A stretch of 64,000 bases of DNA from contig NC_058375.1 in assembly GCF_018350175.1 (NCBI RefSeq), forward strand, positions 114,018,001-114,082,000, written 5' to 3'. Below are positions 12,406 to 27,029 of the stretch, piece by piece. Position 1 is the stretch's first letter, and every line of letters starts with the position of its first letter. Made by a program: the position numbers and the translations under genes. The notes under the pieces were generated by a model. The model was given only the letters and a program-made list of their open reading frames with translations, was not told the DNA's origin and ran no database searches. The DNA is from Felis catus. Lineage: Eukaryota.

Positions 12406-14787
12406 TAAAGGATTTTTTGAGGTAACAGTGTAAAAGAGCACTTTGTGCTTTATAAACCACAACAAGAGATAAGCTACGTGATCCATGCAAATAATATCCT
12501 GAGCTAGAACACTGGAAAATGGCTAAGATGAAAAACAGTAAGTGTACAGTATGATAACAACACACTACAGAAAGTCAGCATGTGCATCCTGAGTCCTGCT
12601 ATCAGAGGAAATCAAAATAATCTTTCTTAGTGACCACGTTGAATCCGTATATAATCCACATTGTACCCCCGAGGAATATGGGTTATATGAGTATGTGACT
12701 TGCCCTCAGGCCATCTGTGGCAGAGACAGCTCTAACTTCTGGCCCCTTGAGCCCCCACTTGGGCTTTTCTCAGTGACACTGTGCCTCTCAGTTCTGCTAA
12801 CGGCAACACCTGCGCCAGAACCTAAACTTTGTTTTGCAATATACAACATGAGACGTGTTCTCCCAGCCAAATGACTTAGCACAGGCATATAAATTACTGA
12901 GTATCATAAATGATATGAAAAATACACCAAAATTTTCATAATCATAATTTTAAATATATAATAGATACCATTTCACATGGAAGTGCCAAATCACAAATAT
13001 TGAGCTAGATGTTTCTGGTTTCTTAGCTGTAGTGTATGCAATAGCTGTTTGAATGAGCTGTTATTATTTCAGAGATCAAGCAACCGAGTCTGCAAAAAGC
13101 TAAGTAATTTGCCCAAGACCAGGGAGTTGTAAATATAACCTAGATATGTCTGGATCCAAAGCTGAAGCACAGATGGAAAATGTGTCTTCATATATTGAGT
13201 TTAATATGTATGTATCCAGTCCAGATTACTTCCAGCTCATGGGACATACCAGAGCTTTATATTTCTATGGTGATTAGTCTTCTGTTGATTGAAATACATT
13301 AAAAATAAATGCTCATTGTTCCCACTCAGTGTTCAAAGTAAATACCAATGGTTCTCCAAAGGAAGGCAACATCAACAATTAAATTATCTCCAGTTAATTA
13401 TATTCTTTCATATTTGGGGATCTTTTGCTGTTTCTAAGGATTTGGAATAAAGCCAAAACTGGTGATTACATTTCTTGCACATTGTCAATCCAACCTAAGT
13501 ATTTGAAGTTGGCTTTACTTAGCCTCAATTAATGACGGGAAGGGGAGAAGAAGGGAGAGATGGGGAAAAGAGGAAGGAAAGAACAAACAGAACAAATTAA
13601 CATGTAGGAAATGACTGTGGGAAAGTCTTAAATCGTTGAGATGTGTTCAAAAGGAAGAAAATTGATCCGAGGTGACTATGCAACCTTGATTCCTCCTCCT
13701 TTCTAATAAGAAGTCTTTGTATCAGTTTTGTTATTAAATCCATGTTCTATAAAATATTTAAGAGTGCTCTTTCTTCCACTTAGAGATGTTGTAATGTGAA
13801 GAGGAAGTGCTTTCAGCCATCTAGAACTGGGTTCAAATCCCACTTCCTCTAGCTCTGTGGCTTTAAGCATTTGGCCATAAAAGAGATGCTTATGTCCATT
13901 GATCCTCTGCTGTGCACCCATATGTGCCAGATATGATACAAAGAGGGATGCACAGAATAGTAGCAGTGTGGAAAGGTAAACAAGAACCAAACTTTGCATG
14001 TTCGTATAGTGCAATAAATTCTATGTGAATGGGTACCAAAGGAGCAAAGTGGAACAACATCTAGGAAAGGTCCTGGTAGGCTTCTGGCAAGACTTGACAC
14101 GGTTACTTGGGCAAAAAAAAGTGTTAAGAAGACTTTCTGGTCAAGAAATATGCATATGTGAACACCCAGTGGTTTGAAGAATTGCCACCATCTAACAAGG
14201 TCAGAGCTAAGAACCAAAGGGGCCTCAGAGAGTGAGATGACATAGATTAGCCCCCCAATAAATCCATGGCACTGAAAAGAAGCCGAAACCAAACAAACGT
14301 CCATTCCCTCACCCCTAGGCTAGTAACTTGGGAGAAACTCAAACATTCTTGGTGCTCCTGCTTATATAGAATCCTTCCTTTGGTTCTCACTTTGGAAAAA
14401 CACTCTCTTCAGACTTCCCTGCCTATCCAAGTCTGGCCCTAGGGTACATTCCCCATTCATTCTTTGAGAACTTTCCCTCCAGCTCAACCTGCTCCAATCT
14501 CTCTTTTCACAGAGACACAATGCCCCTGCAGAAAGCAGTGCCTTCTCTTACTTCTTTACTGATGAATACAAAGATAATGGCCTTTGCTGCTGAAGGAGAG
14601 TCAAATCTTCTTAGTGGCAGATAGCGGTTCTGAACCCTGGATCCTGACAACATCTGTGACAGTCATCAATTCACAAATGTTCTGGGAACAGCAAATTCCA
14701 ATACTTTCCAATACTTCTACAGTCATAGATTCCCTATGGAAAAATGGTTTCTTTCCTTCCCTTATTGTACTTTTCTACAACTTTTTT

Positions 14788-14994
14788 ATTGCATTTATTA
14801 TTATTATTATTTGGTTTTGTTTTGTTTTTAGAGCGATAGTATGAGCAGGGCAGGGGAAGAAAGAGAGAATCTCAAGCAGGCTCCATGCTCAGTGCAGAGC
14901 CCGACACAGGGCTCAATCCCACAACCCTGGGATCATAACCTGAAGCGAAATCAAGAGTCAGACGCTCAACTGACTGAGCCACCCCAGGTGCCCC
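14788..14994 (-). mobile_element. Can-SINE
   Basis: T-rich tail and reverse-complement head; approximate TSD ct(a/g)caactt. Confidence 0.92.
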
Positions 14995-15439
14995 AACTGC
15001 AACTTCTTTTTTTAAATACTCATTCAATCATTCAACTATCACCACACCCTATAATGGGGGATATCACTCAGACGTGTCCATTTATAATCAATTCTGTGTT
15101 TTAGGTTACCACTTCCTCTTAGTCTTTCTTCTTCTTTCCTTGCCATTCCTTCACACTTGTGACTCACTGTAGCCCTTCTTGAGTCCTTTAAAATGATTTG
15201 CTTTGTAGATTTCATCCTTGGCCTACCACACCTGGGCAACTTCAGCTACTCAAAAGGCTTCAGCAACTAGACCCCTCATCATTCTGATTTTCCTCCCGGG
15301 CCTCACTCGGGGATTTCCAGCTACTTCAGCACGGTGAGCACCTCTCCAGACTGACACTGTTCCCCAAACTGAACTGATAACAGCATCCACTAAATCTCCT
15401 CTTCTACGTGTTGAAATAGCAACTAACATGAAACAGGCA

Positions 15440-15660
15440 CTTTGCATTTGCCAGATGCTAGGTTAAATACTTTAGGGGGGATTATTTTACTTAAGCCTCA
15501 TGATATTTCCATTAGGGGGACACTATTATTAGTCCCATATCACCAATAAGGAAGTCAAAGCACACAGAGCTCATATAAATTGCCCTAGGTGATAGAGCTT
15601 GTAAGTTGTAGGGCCTGGATTTGACAGGAGGCTGTCAGGCCCAGACAGACCTGAGAACTT
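15440..15660 (-). mobile_element. MIR
   Basis: gccagatgctagg...attattagtcccatatcaccaataagga...aaattgccctaggtga...gggcctggatttga. Confidence 0.7.
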
Positions 15661-17459
15661 AGTCACTATATTCTTCATTCATGAAGTCTTCCAAGCTAAA
15701 AAGCTAACAGTCATCCTTCTCTCTGCTGTATTCGATTTGTCTTCAAGTCTGTTTGATCGAATTTTAGATATGCCTTTCAAGTCAGGTCCCTTCTTCCTAG
15801 CTCGCTCCAACTCTCATTATTTGCTGTCCATACAATTGTAAAGAGCATCCAGTATCTCTTCCTTGTGCCCATATCTTCGTCTTACAACTTCAGTGCATGC
15901 TCTGCAAAACCATCAGAGTTATAATTCCCTTTAAAAAAAGAAACTCCAATAAGCAAAATACAAACAACAACAAAATAAATATTAGCAAGTCACTTCTGAG
16001 AATTAAAGAGAAACCAACAAACCACGGCTGGCTCCTCAATGCTCAACAGAGAAGCAAGCTCCTTCTGAAAGTAGCCCCCTTCCTTTACTCTGGCTGCATT
16101 ACCTTCCAATCCAACTTCCCCATTGCACTTCAGATTCTAGCCATGCTGGGCATTGGATAGACCTCTCTTTGCTGCGTGACCCTCATGTCTCTCTGCCTTT
16201 TTACATGTTGCTCATTGTTCCTTCCCTTGCTCTTCTTCCTTCTCATCCTCTGAGCCCTATTAAGGCTTCAGGGCTCAAAGGTCAATTACTGAGAAAACTT
16301 TCTCACCTCTGCACAGAAAGTGACCATGCCTGTGCCCCAGTAACTTACCACTACATCGTGCTCGTACCTCATGTATTCGGGTACACAGCAAACGGCAGAT
16401 TTCTACTGTGTGTCAGGTGGAAATCAGTGGCTGGAGACAGAAAAGACTCAGATACCACTTTGTCCTTATGGAGTCCCCATCTAATGGCACACCGAATGAC
16501 CCATTCCCACTTAAGTTCCCATCTTGCCAATTACACGGTGTGCCCTTTATGCCACCAGTTCCTTGGCTGTGTTTAGTACAAATATAAACAAGACGTGGTC
16601 CCTTCTCCAAAGGAGTTTTCAGTCTCACTAGGGGAGTTAACATAAATAAAAATAATGATGACACAAAAGACTGTGGTTAGTGTCATAAAATGAAGCAGGG
16701 CGTGGATTCCACAATTTATTACTATTATTCATTTATTTCTTCTTCTCCTTTAGGTGTCTAGTTGTAGCTGGGGACATCTGCAGAAGGCACTGGGGTTACG
16801 CATGAAGATGAATTTGCTTTAGATCTTGATAAGAAACCCACAGAATAATATTAGGATATGAGCTGCTCTGAGCTAAGAGCTATAAGCGATGCCTTTAAAT
16901 AAGCCTCTTATTACCAGAATCCCCCACCCTCTCTAACCTGTCGCTCCAACCACGAAATGCCATGCGGTTACAGACCATTTACCTACTCTTAAAACAGCAG
17001 AAGTGTTATCCCTCTGTGATGACTAGTGTAGAGTCTGATAGCCAGACAACTTGACATGCTCCCAATCAATACCTGGCTATTGACTGCCCAATGGGAGAAG
17101 CACTATATCAGGCTTGGGAGAGGAAGAAAGCTGACATCCTCTTGCCCAGCTGCAAAGTGAGCTAAAAGGCACTGTGAAGGTGTCAGGAAGGACTGCAAAA
17201 AGAGATTAGCCAAGGCTGGGAAATGGCAAAGAGACCCTGGAAAGGGACCATGTGAATGTCATCAGACATAGTGAGAAGATCAAGGACACTCCCACTCAAT
17301 AGGAGACATAGAGTAGATGATAAGTAAGTACTTGTGTCACTTATTGAGTCCACTCAACGTGAAAGGAATCAAAAGGTACTTGTTGCATGACAAAGTAGAA
17401 TTCTACAGAGAGAGACAGTCTTATTCTTATTGTATAAGTCATCTAAAAAAATAAAAATA

Positions 17460-17685
17460 GGGGCGTCTGGGTGGCGCAGTCGGTTAAGCGTCCGACTTCA
17501 GCCAGGTCACGATCTCGCGGTCCGGGAGTTCGAGCCCCGCGTCAGGCTCTGGGCTGATGGCTCGGAGCCTGGAGCCTGTTTCCGATTCTGTGTCTCCCTC
17601 TCTCTCTGCCCCTCCCCCGTTCATGCACTGTCTCTCTCTGTCCCAAAAATAAATAAACGTTGAAAAAAAAATTTAAAAAAATAAA
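17460..17685 (+). mobile_element. Young SINEC_Fc element
   Basis: Nearly matches the recalled SINEC_Fc consensus (gggctgatggctc...cctgtttccgattctg...aaataaacgttgaaaa). CpGs are retained. TSD aaaaaaataaaaata (17445-17459 and 17686-17700). Confidence 0.97.
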
Positions 17686-17859
17686 AAAAAAATAAAAATA
17701 AATAAATACATCAACCGTTTTCTTTATCTGGAACTCACCATGAAGGTCAATAATAATTTCCATTTCAATATTCAAATGTTTTAGTAAAAATGCAAGTGGA
17801 AGAGGTTTTTTTTTAAGTTGCAGCAAACAATTCTGGCAGAGAAGGCAAAACAAGGTATC

Positions 17860-18230
17860 AGAAAATAATAATCAGAGTACAAACTGTAGCCAGACTTTAG
17901 GAAAACAAGCTGAAAATATGAATCAAGATCCTTGAGACTATTCATGGTCTTTGACTCAGTAATACCACTACTAAGACATCCTGAGAAAACAATAGACTAT
18001 GAGGGATTTAAAGATTACTTAAGCACACAGATGCTCACTACAGTTGGTTATAATAATAAATATTTGGAAACAACACAGGTCCTCTCCACCCCCCCAAAAA
18101 AAATAGATGACAATGTTTGAATAAAAGTCATTAAATGGACTATTTATTATGTAATCATTAAAGTGGTATTTATAGATATTGCAATAGCACATAAAAAGGT
18201 TTGGTTATAATGGAAATGAGCTCAGATTTC
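17860..18230 (+). mobile_element. Degraded L1M 3' fragment
   Basis: ctttgactcagtaataccactactaagacatcctgagaaaacaata...atgctcactacag resembles an L1ME 3' UTR. Confidence 0.45.
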
Positions 18231-18659
18231 CCCTAGGGAAAACTGCTTTATAGGAATATCATTTGGGCTTTGGGAATGAATGGAGCTATTTATCTTTCCT
18301 TTCTGGAGCCAGGGAAATATATGCAGTGTTCCAAAGTATAGCATAGATATTCCTACCATCACGTCTTGGCTCTTGCCTGTTTCCATAAGCTTTCCTATTT
18401 CTTACATTCATTTTAATTTTTGCTGTCTTTCAAGTGCTAATTCATCCTACTTTCTTCCATGATGACTGCACGATTATTCTAGAATGCAAAAACATCTTCA
18501 TCTCGCAGTCTTCTACATTTTCAATCACGTATCACAATATCCCAGTGTGTCTCAAGCAATATGAAGGAAGTCATGGATGCCTTACCATTAAGTTCACATA
18601 GAGAGGTTTGCAAATGCCTTATGTGTTTAAGAAAGGAAATAAAACACAGAGCTTAAAAT

Positions 18660-18800
18660 GTGTCTGGGATCTGAAGCCAGATTCCATTCATTCAAGTCCC
18701 AGCTCCACTAGCTGTGTGATCTTGAGGAAGGTACGTAACTTTTCTGGGTTGTCATGTGATGCTCTATAAAATGGAGATAGTAATACCATATGACTTTATC
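18660..18800 (+). mobile_element. MIR fragment
   Basis: ttcaagtcccagctccactagctgtgtgatcttgagg...taaaatggagatagtaatacc. Confidence 0.7.
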
Positions 18801-20911
18801 ATTACATGGTAGACTAATTATGCATTAAACTCCCATAATCAAAACCTCTTCCTTTTAATATTAACTTGCACTCATAGGATAGCATGACCAAGATATACTG
18901 TACCTGTTTAGAAGTTTGGCTTTAACTACATAACCTTCTAAACCTGCACGTTGCATCAAACCAAGAACACGGGTGACTATCTCTGGTGGTCTGAAGGCTC
19001 TGCTCATTGGTTGGGTTGCCAGGGGTTGTGTGGATTGCAAACATTGGTATACCTTCAGTTATTCCTCTGGAGAACAGAATGCAATGCAGAGAAGGCGGCT
19101 CCTAACCAAAACAACTTACAGACATGACACAATAGGGCTCAATGACAGCTCATGGGATAAGTGAGAGACTCATATATCTTCCCTACCTGGAGACAGGAAT
19201 TCCCCACATGCTCACCACCTCCTTCTTCAACAGGTGGTTTTGAACAAAGTGTATTTGAAAAGAAATGTAACTTGTATGCCCAGCTTCTTTATGTGTCATC
19301 AGGTAAGGTGGAAGGAAAATTGAAATGGAATGATGATAGATCTACTTTTACCAGCAACCTGCTCTGCCTAAACACGTTGGGGTTCCCATTGTGCTATTTC
19401 TTAGAGTACATCATACCCTCCCCTTTACCCAGACTCCTCTCTTATCCACAAAAGCTGGAAGAAAGAAGTTAACCCTACCTGTCCTCAGCCCTGTTGGTTT
19501 ACATTCACTAAGAAGCACCATAATGAAAAATTAAAACACCTTGAAGAGCTTGAAGAAACAAAGGATTAAGAATACTCAAGAAATTATCAGTTTTGAGTAA
19601 TATGAACTGTCTTACAGATCTGAAGACTGTATATAATGTTGTGTGGATGACTGCTTCAAGAACACACACCAAAGACATTGCCATTTCCACAGGAGTGGGG
19701 CTGTGAACTTGCTTGGGTTGTTTCAATCTGAGGGTGTCCTCAAATACCACCGAGCCTGCTACCTGTGAGCTTTGAGGGATCAGAAGCCCTATAACCCCTT
19801 TGGTAGTTTTCTTAGGTGGTGGAGGGCCAAGGGGCCTAGGGACCTATGTATTGTCTTCTGCATTTTGGCAACTTTCATCTCTGATGCCCCATGCAGGGGG
19901 CAGTGCAGGGGGCTTGGAAGGACAGGCTTTTTGCAGGCAGGAAAGCATGCCTTGGGTCACTCAATTTACAAATCTGACTCAAAACAATGGTCCTCACCCA
20001 ACTGGGGAAGGGGAAGAAATCAGTTAGAGGATGACAAATTCTTGAACTGCACAGGCATACCAGGTGTGTTTGCCAGCCCTCACAACCATCCAAGGACCTG
20101 ATTTCTCCTGGCTGGGTGCCCAGAAGGGAAGAAAGAGCCTAACAGTGTGGCAACCTATCATAGAGCACTGAGCAATTTCACAGCAAGGGGAATAGAAGGT
20201 GTTATAAAAACAGAATGGTATTTTTAAGGCTTTGTGTGTTGAGTCTCCTGCTCATCAGCTGGGATAGCGTTCCATTAAAAATCAGCACCTCACCTCCATT
20301 GATTTTCAACTTCACACTTTTTTAAAAGCTGGAAATATTCTATTTTTAGCCTGATGGATGGAGAAAATTAAAGGAGAAGAGTATCCATAGAGATGAACTC
20401 CTCGACATAGTGTTAAATTAGGAGAAAGTGAATGGAATAAGCTATAAAAACTCATAGAAATGTTGTCATATGATTTTGCCAAAATTTGGGCAGCTTTGAC
20501 TTAAATTTTCTTCAAGGTTCTATTACATTGATGGCTCTTCTGGTGGTCACTGAGCATCTCACAAGAGCACTGATGTGACAATCTAGAATCCAGACAGTAC
20601 TATACATGTCTATGCAAGTAAACATTGTTCTTGGCTACTTAAGGATGATATCTCTGGAATTAGGCTCAACGCTCATAGGTTGGTATTTATTAGGAATCTT
20701 AAACAAAACATGTAATTTTAGCCTTAAAAGGGCCCACAAGATTTCATTAGTATAGAGTCTGTGAAGAAACAGCTTTGGAGTGACACAATGATACGCTTAT
20801 TCAAGTACAAGAGCTAGGTAAAATCCAAATTTAATCTCTCTTAGTCCAGTGTTCCCTTCACTGTGTTCCATATTTCTAAATAGAAAATTTTAAATAATAT
20901 ATTTCGTTATA

Positions 20912-21133
20912 TTTTTAAAATAAAAAAAATATTTTTTAGTTCTATTTTAGATAGGGAGCATGTGCACAAGCAGGGGAGAGAGACAGAGAAGGGGAGAGGG
21001 AGAGACAGAGACAGAGAGAGAGAGAATGCCAAGCACGTTCTACTGTCTTAACGTGGGGTTTGATCCCATGAACCTGGGATCATGACTTGAGTCGAAGTCG
21101 GACACTCAACCAACTGAGCTACCCAGGTGCCCC
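20912..21133 (-). mobile_element. Can-SINE
   Basis: Reverse-complement head; approximate TSD ataatata(t/c)ttc(g/a)ttata. Confidence 0.92.
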
Positions 21134-22029
21134 GATAATATACTTCATTATAAAGCCAGGCAGGGTTTTAGCCAGGTGGTATTTTTCATTTCCACAGGCA
21201 TCCAAAAAATAGTAACATCATCCATGATGACCTTTGGGCTGTGTCGTCTCTGATGCGACTAGACATCTCTGTGGGCATCACTGGTAAATGCTACCTTGCA
21301 AGGCACAGAAAGGCTGTCGAATGGCTGAGAGGTCTTCAGGGCTGACAGCGACGACAGTGCCCCCTGCATCAGAGTCTGATCTCAGCACTGCCGGCATCTC
21401 CCATTTGCTTTCTGAATCTCTAGGTGCCATCCTGGCAACAGCAGGAACTTAGGAAACCCTGGTGAGGTTCACCCCTGCTGGGCCTCACCGTAGTCCTCAG
21501 CAGCCCCCTGGCTCGGTTCTTACATTTTTCTAACTGTTCCACCTCCTACCTCTCTACCGTCGAAGTCAATTTCACAGCTCACATTTTCTATGAAATCTCC
21601 CACAACTATAGCCAGCACCTTCAGATTGTGTCTTTCTAAATTATCCTTACAGCTCACTTCACACAATTTGACACACAATTCTGTAAATGGCAAACCTCTA
21701 TTTTGTCGTGTGTTTTTGTTTGGTGACCCCAACGAGACTATAAAATTACAGTAATCGGGGCCCCGGCTAGTCATTTATTTTTTTTACTCATCAACCCTTA
21801 TTCCTTGTGTGCTCCAGCCTCCCTCACTCACCCTGCTTCCTCTCTTACTTCTTACTATCAGCACTCTCCAGCCACGTCAAGCCACTCACACATTCAGTCT
21901 CCTTTTTCTTTTCTTTCTCTGCCACACTCCTACCAAAGATCAACTCGGGCCTTCTATTTGAAGCCTCTATTTGAAGCTACTGACATGCCATCATCGGAAA
22001 TTATCATCTAGATGCTGGTTCTCTCTAAT

Positions 22030-22355
22030 CCCACAGCAAGACTGCAACTTTTGAATTGAGGTGTGCCCTTGTGACTTTCCTTGGCCAATAGAATGTGAGT
22101 GGACGTGATGTTTACCACTCCCAGGGGGAAACTTTCAAAGGCCAGTGTATGCTTTCTCATTCTTCTCTCTGCCACAGCAACCTCCTGGGTGTCAGAGCAC
22201 CACCAGTATCCCAGAATGAGGACAAAGTGGAAGAAGGGCCCCTGCCAATGTGACATAAGCATGTAACACAGGCATGACACAACCACTGGTTACTTAAGCC
22301 ACTGACAGGTGAAGTTGTTTATTACAGTAGCCTAACCGAGCCCATCCAGACAACA
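22030..22355 (+). mobile_element. MLT1-type LTR
   Basis: tgactttccttggccaatagaatgtgagtggacgtga...aagccactgacaggtgaagttgtttattacagtagcctaacc. Confidence 0.75.
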
Positions 22356-22614
22356 CCCTTGACCTAATAGCTCCCCTTGGTGAGCCTAGGGCACATGGTC
22401 TCTCCTCTGCCTCCAACACTTATTCCCTTTCCTATCTGTGTTCCTGGCAGGCCACAAATCTCTGAGGATATGGCTTATAGTCCTATATGTATCCCACATG
22501 GCCACCAAGAAACACGTGTTGAATGAATGAACCCAAAGAGCCTGCCCCACGTTGAGCTCATCCTGAAGTCAGCACTGGCACTCCTGGAGGTGCGCCCATT
22601 TTGTGGGTAAGTCA

Positions 22615-22770
<156 letters not shown>

Positions 22771-23729
22771 TCAGTTGACATGAAGGGAAAACACAAAAAT
22801 ATCTGATACCCAACTACATGGACCTGATAGAAGAATTTGATCTTCTGGTTTTCTATACTAAGTCAGACTTGAATAACAGCAAAACAAGTCTTTGGCTTAA
22901 CTGCAAGACACAGGTCTGTCCAGCACTACTGTGAGATGAAATGCTCACAGCTGATTTAGGCAATTACATGAAGGATTTCAACATTGGGGCAAATTGCCAT
23001 TGACTTAAAGTTAATTTGAAGTGGTCAGGATCTGTAAGATTTTTCATTTACCATCGAACAAAATGTACAAAGATTGCAATTTTGCATTTTGGAAAGGTTT
23101 TGCATTTTTAAAGGGAAGGGAAAAGGGGCAGATAATTGAGGTCACTGTCCTCATGATTCTCTTCTGGGTGATGGCCAGGAATCTATTTTAAACTACACAT
23201 GAAATTTGAAAAGATGTTACCTGCTCATTTAACATGCAAGGAAGCTTTATCATTTCAAAAAATGCCAACCCACCCTTAAAACGAGGCCTTTACTACTTAT
23301 GATGAAAACAGTACGACTATTCTGAAAAACATTTTCACCACACACATTAAAAATTCTCTGAAGCATTCATATAATTTGACCCAGCGATCATACTTAAATG
23401 GCTCTATCTTAAGAATATATTTCAAAATATAAAGACTATGCATGCTAATTAACATCATTCACAAGGCAGCCATGATGAATCAATGTAGATGTCCAACATT
23501 AGAAAACTTCTTAGGGATTTTTTAGTACATAAAATTAATGGGCTCTCATAAAGCTACTGCAAATGCTTAGCAAAAAGGATTATAACAAACTGAGACTGGA
23601 GTAAATGAAAATTCAAGATATTAAGCATGGCCACAACAAAGTAAAATGAACACGTTATATCACAAAAATGATAGGAAGGACAGACTTCAAGCACCACTTG
23701 AATTAATGGGAGTGAAGGCAAAGGTTCAT

Positions 23730-23920
23730 ATCTTCTGGACAGAGATCATGGGCTTTAGGGTCACTTATATCTGAGTTCGAATCCCAGCTCAGGCATTTGC
23801 TGCATGATGTCTTGGGGCAATTAATTCTCTTCACTTCTTACACACACAACTTAAAATCTCTACAGCACAGGAATGGTTGTGACAGAAATAACCTGGTGAA
23901 TGCTCAATATTAACAATGAA
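23730..23920 (+). mobile_element. MIR fragment
   Basis: gagttcgaatcccagctcaggcatttgctgcatgatgtcttggggcaatta. Confidence 0.7.
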
Positions 23921-26900
23921 TATAATTAAGAGTAAAAGCAGTGATAAATACGGGAACTCTTGAAAATAATCTTGAAATATAAAAAATACCATGAATTTAA
24001 AAGGGGAGAGGGTATGAGTAAGGAAGTTACAGAAGTGGTCTAATACAATAAAAGGGTTCATTATGTAGCCTCTGAGAATGTGAGGCAAGCAAAAGTAAGA
24101 TGATTTATCCTAAGTGTCCTATATAGGTAGAAAACCCTCCAGCAATGATTGTTTCAAAGCCCAGAAACTAATATTCCTGCATATGTTCAGACGTATTATT
24201 AGAAATTTTCCACTCAGCACAGCAAACGTACAATTGTGCTGACAGGGCTTATGTCTGGGGAAAGCATATTGGTAACTCCATAGTATCTAACTGTGGCTTA
24301 AAGAACAGAAGGGGGGAGGAGAAAGAGGAACCAGTAATTTTTCTATGGAACGTGTTCACAGAAACCAAGCAATCAACACATAAGCAAAAACAAGTGGTCC
24401 CTTTCCTACTCCAGATTGCATCCTTCCTCTTGATTCCCATTCCCAGCTCTTAGTCTTGGTCGAAGGGAAAGAAACAGGCTTGTCACTGATATGGACCAAA
24501 GTCCCCGCCCCCCACTAGAATTGAGTTGTGGGGAGTTACAGAAACTTGAGGCATCAGTGTCCACATCCACATATTCCAAGCAAAGATGTCTGCCCCAGGG
24601 TGTACCCTGATGGAGACTCTGTGGGGCTAGCCTGTGAAAGCCCACCTACCCTACCCGTCTTCTCTTACATCCCAGTACCTCCCTGCTTCTGGATCACGCT
24701 GCTCCTGCAGGGCATTTTCTCCATCATTTTCCCCACTGGAACTGTCAAGTTGTTACACAACCTCTCTTTACCCCTATCCAACTCCATTCTACTCCCCTTG
24801 TCCCAATGCCAAACACGCACACGCATACACACACACGTGCTCCCCTTCTTCCCCCAGCGTATAGTTAATTGCTTTAAAGATGGAAAGCAGAACAAAGCCA
24901 GGTGGTGAGGTACTTAATCCTATAGTTCTCTTGGTTTCAGTACCAAGAAGGTCCACATTGGCCTCTTTTAACGTCTTACACTATAGAATACTCAGAAGTT
25001 CTCAGGGGCCATGTTTTCATCCACAGGAAGAAAGCTTGTGGGCAGGGAGAGACAGAGACAGAGATAGAATACTGGGGTGCAGAATGCAGCAGAAAGACCG
25101 AGAGTTCTGACAGTACTTGTGTGGCTGGTTTTGGTTATTCCAAGATTTGGCTGCACCCCTGAATTTCTGAGGGCTGCCTGTTTTAATCTGTATCAGGTGC
25201 TGTGAGATAACCCAAGATCATTCTAGAAAAAAACCCTATTCCATTCAGGCTGGCTTCAGCTGGGATTCCATGACTTTCAACTAACAGAATCTTAACCTTT
25301 TGTAAAACAGCACTCTATGAATACAAAAACAAATGAAAACCCTTGTTTTCCCTCTATTCTATACATTAAAATATTTTGAAACTCAAGATTGCCAAATTCA
25401 GTCTGGCATGTAGTAGGAGAGGCCTGGGGGAAAATGGTAAGAAATGTGTGGGCACTTTGAACACATCTTTAATAAGCTTCACACAGACTTCATGTTGCAG
25501 TGTTAATAAACTCAATTTGCCAGTGAAAGGGTAGGATAGAAATTCATTGCTTATGGTCACTTTAAAAAATGATATAGTTCTGAAAGGGAAAAGAGTACTT
25601 TGGTAAGAAAAAAAATCTAATATTCCTAGAATGAGAAAAAAATGAATAGATGCTTGTAGCTTGGTTCATTTTGGTTCAACGCATACTATGATTAGAAAAA
25701 CTCATCTGTAAAGCTGACACTCAAAATAAAAGATGCATAACCCCAATTTGCTTATTTAACAAGGGCAGTTTTATGAGTATAATTTCCACATTCTTTAATC
25801 AGTTCATTTTAACTTGTGCTTTGTTTCTTTTTCTCCCTACTTGCCATAAACTGAGCACTGAAGGCATGACGCAGAAAGAGGAAAATGGAAGTGCTACCAA
25901 AGTGAGAAGGGCCCACTAAGGGTGTGAGTCCATCACTATCTTAGATGTAAAGCCCTCAATTCAAATTGTTAGGAGATAATCACTCTGAATTCCTATCTCC
26001 TCAAATTCTAATGATACTTCATAGGCAACTGGATTTGGATGGATGTGCTTTCTCTTGGTGCACACTGGTTTAACAAAGCCGTCAGCATGAGCGTGACACT
26101 TGCCTTTGTCCTGTCCAGGAGCCCAAACAAGCAAATGCAGGGATGTGTGTCAACAAGGACTTAGAGAGTGGGAAAGACCCACTGGAAGCTATTTGCTTCT
26201 TTATCAAAACAGAGAATGCATGGGCTGAAGGGTGAGGACAGAAAGAGTTGAAGGAAAGGCAGATGAGAGTGAGAAATGGAAGGAGAGGGAAAAAAATGGA
26301 ATATGGACAAAAATTATAATGAGATTTAAGTGAGAATTTGTAATTTTCCCCCAAATCAAAACTTGTTCTGAAAGAGAAAGATCATTGCTGGTTGGGGCTG
26401 TGGACAAGCGAGGGCAGAGGTGAAGTGGGAAGAAAAGTCCTCCAGACAGGTCCATGGACCTCTCCAGTGGCCACCACCCAGCCTGTGGGAGTGCATGGTT
26501 CTTGCTTCACTGCTGTTGTTTTCTGGTGTGGCAGGTTGTTCATAAGGACATACGAGAGAACAAAACATTTCTCTTTAAAGGCCAAAGAAGCTGCTTTGAA
26601 GAAGGGAAAGAATTTGTCAAGATGTTGGGAGATTGTGCCAGTCAGACGGCCAAAGATGGACATTTCTGAGAACGTAAACCAGAGCCCAGCCTCAAACATC
26701 CTAGCCAGCACAGTTTCTGCTAACCACAAGTTCTCTCCATTGGCATTAGGAAGAACAAAAAGACTGCCTGGAGTTTTCGTCAAGAATGTTCGGAGTGGTT
26801 ATTTCCCCAACTTAGCTTTCACTGAGACCATGAAAAAGTTTCCAGCTGGAGCAGATGAGGCTTGAGAAAAGCATTAGGGAACCAGTGGGGTTCAAGATAG

Positions 26901-27029
26901 TTCTGGAAAATGTAGTCTGTCCATTCATTTATAATTTAAAAAGTTTCATATACTTAATACCCATGTTTGGCTTTTCGTACACAAAAACCAGATTACTGAG
27001 CAATAGACATTGCAAGTCTCATAAGTATA

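Noticed and set aside
26392-26865. 157-aa plus-strand ORF with overlapping ORFs
   Set aside because: No recognisable domain, antisense to CNTNAP5, and no convincing gene structure. An ORF of this length is expected by chance in 64 kb.
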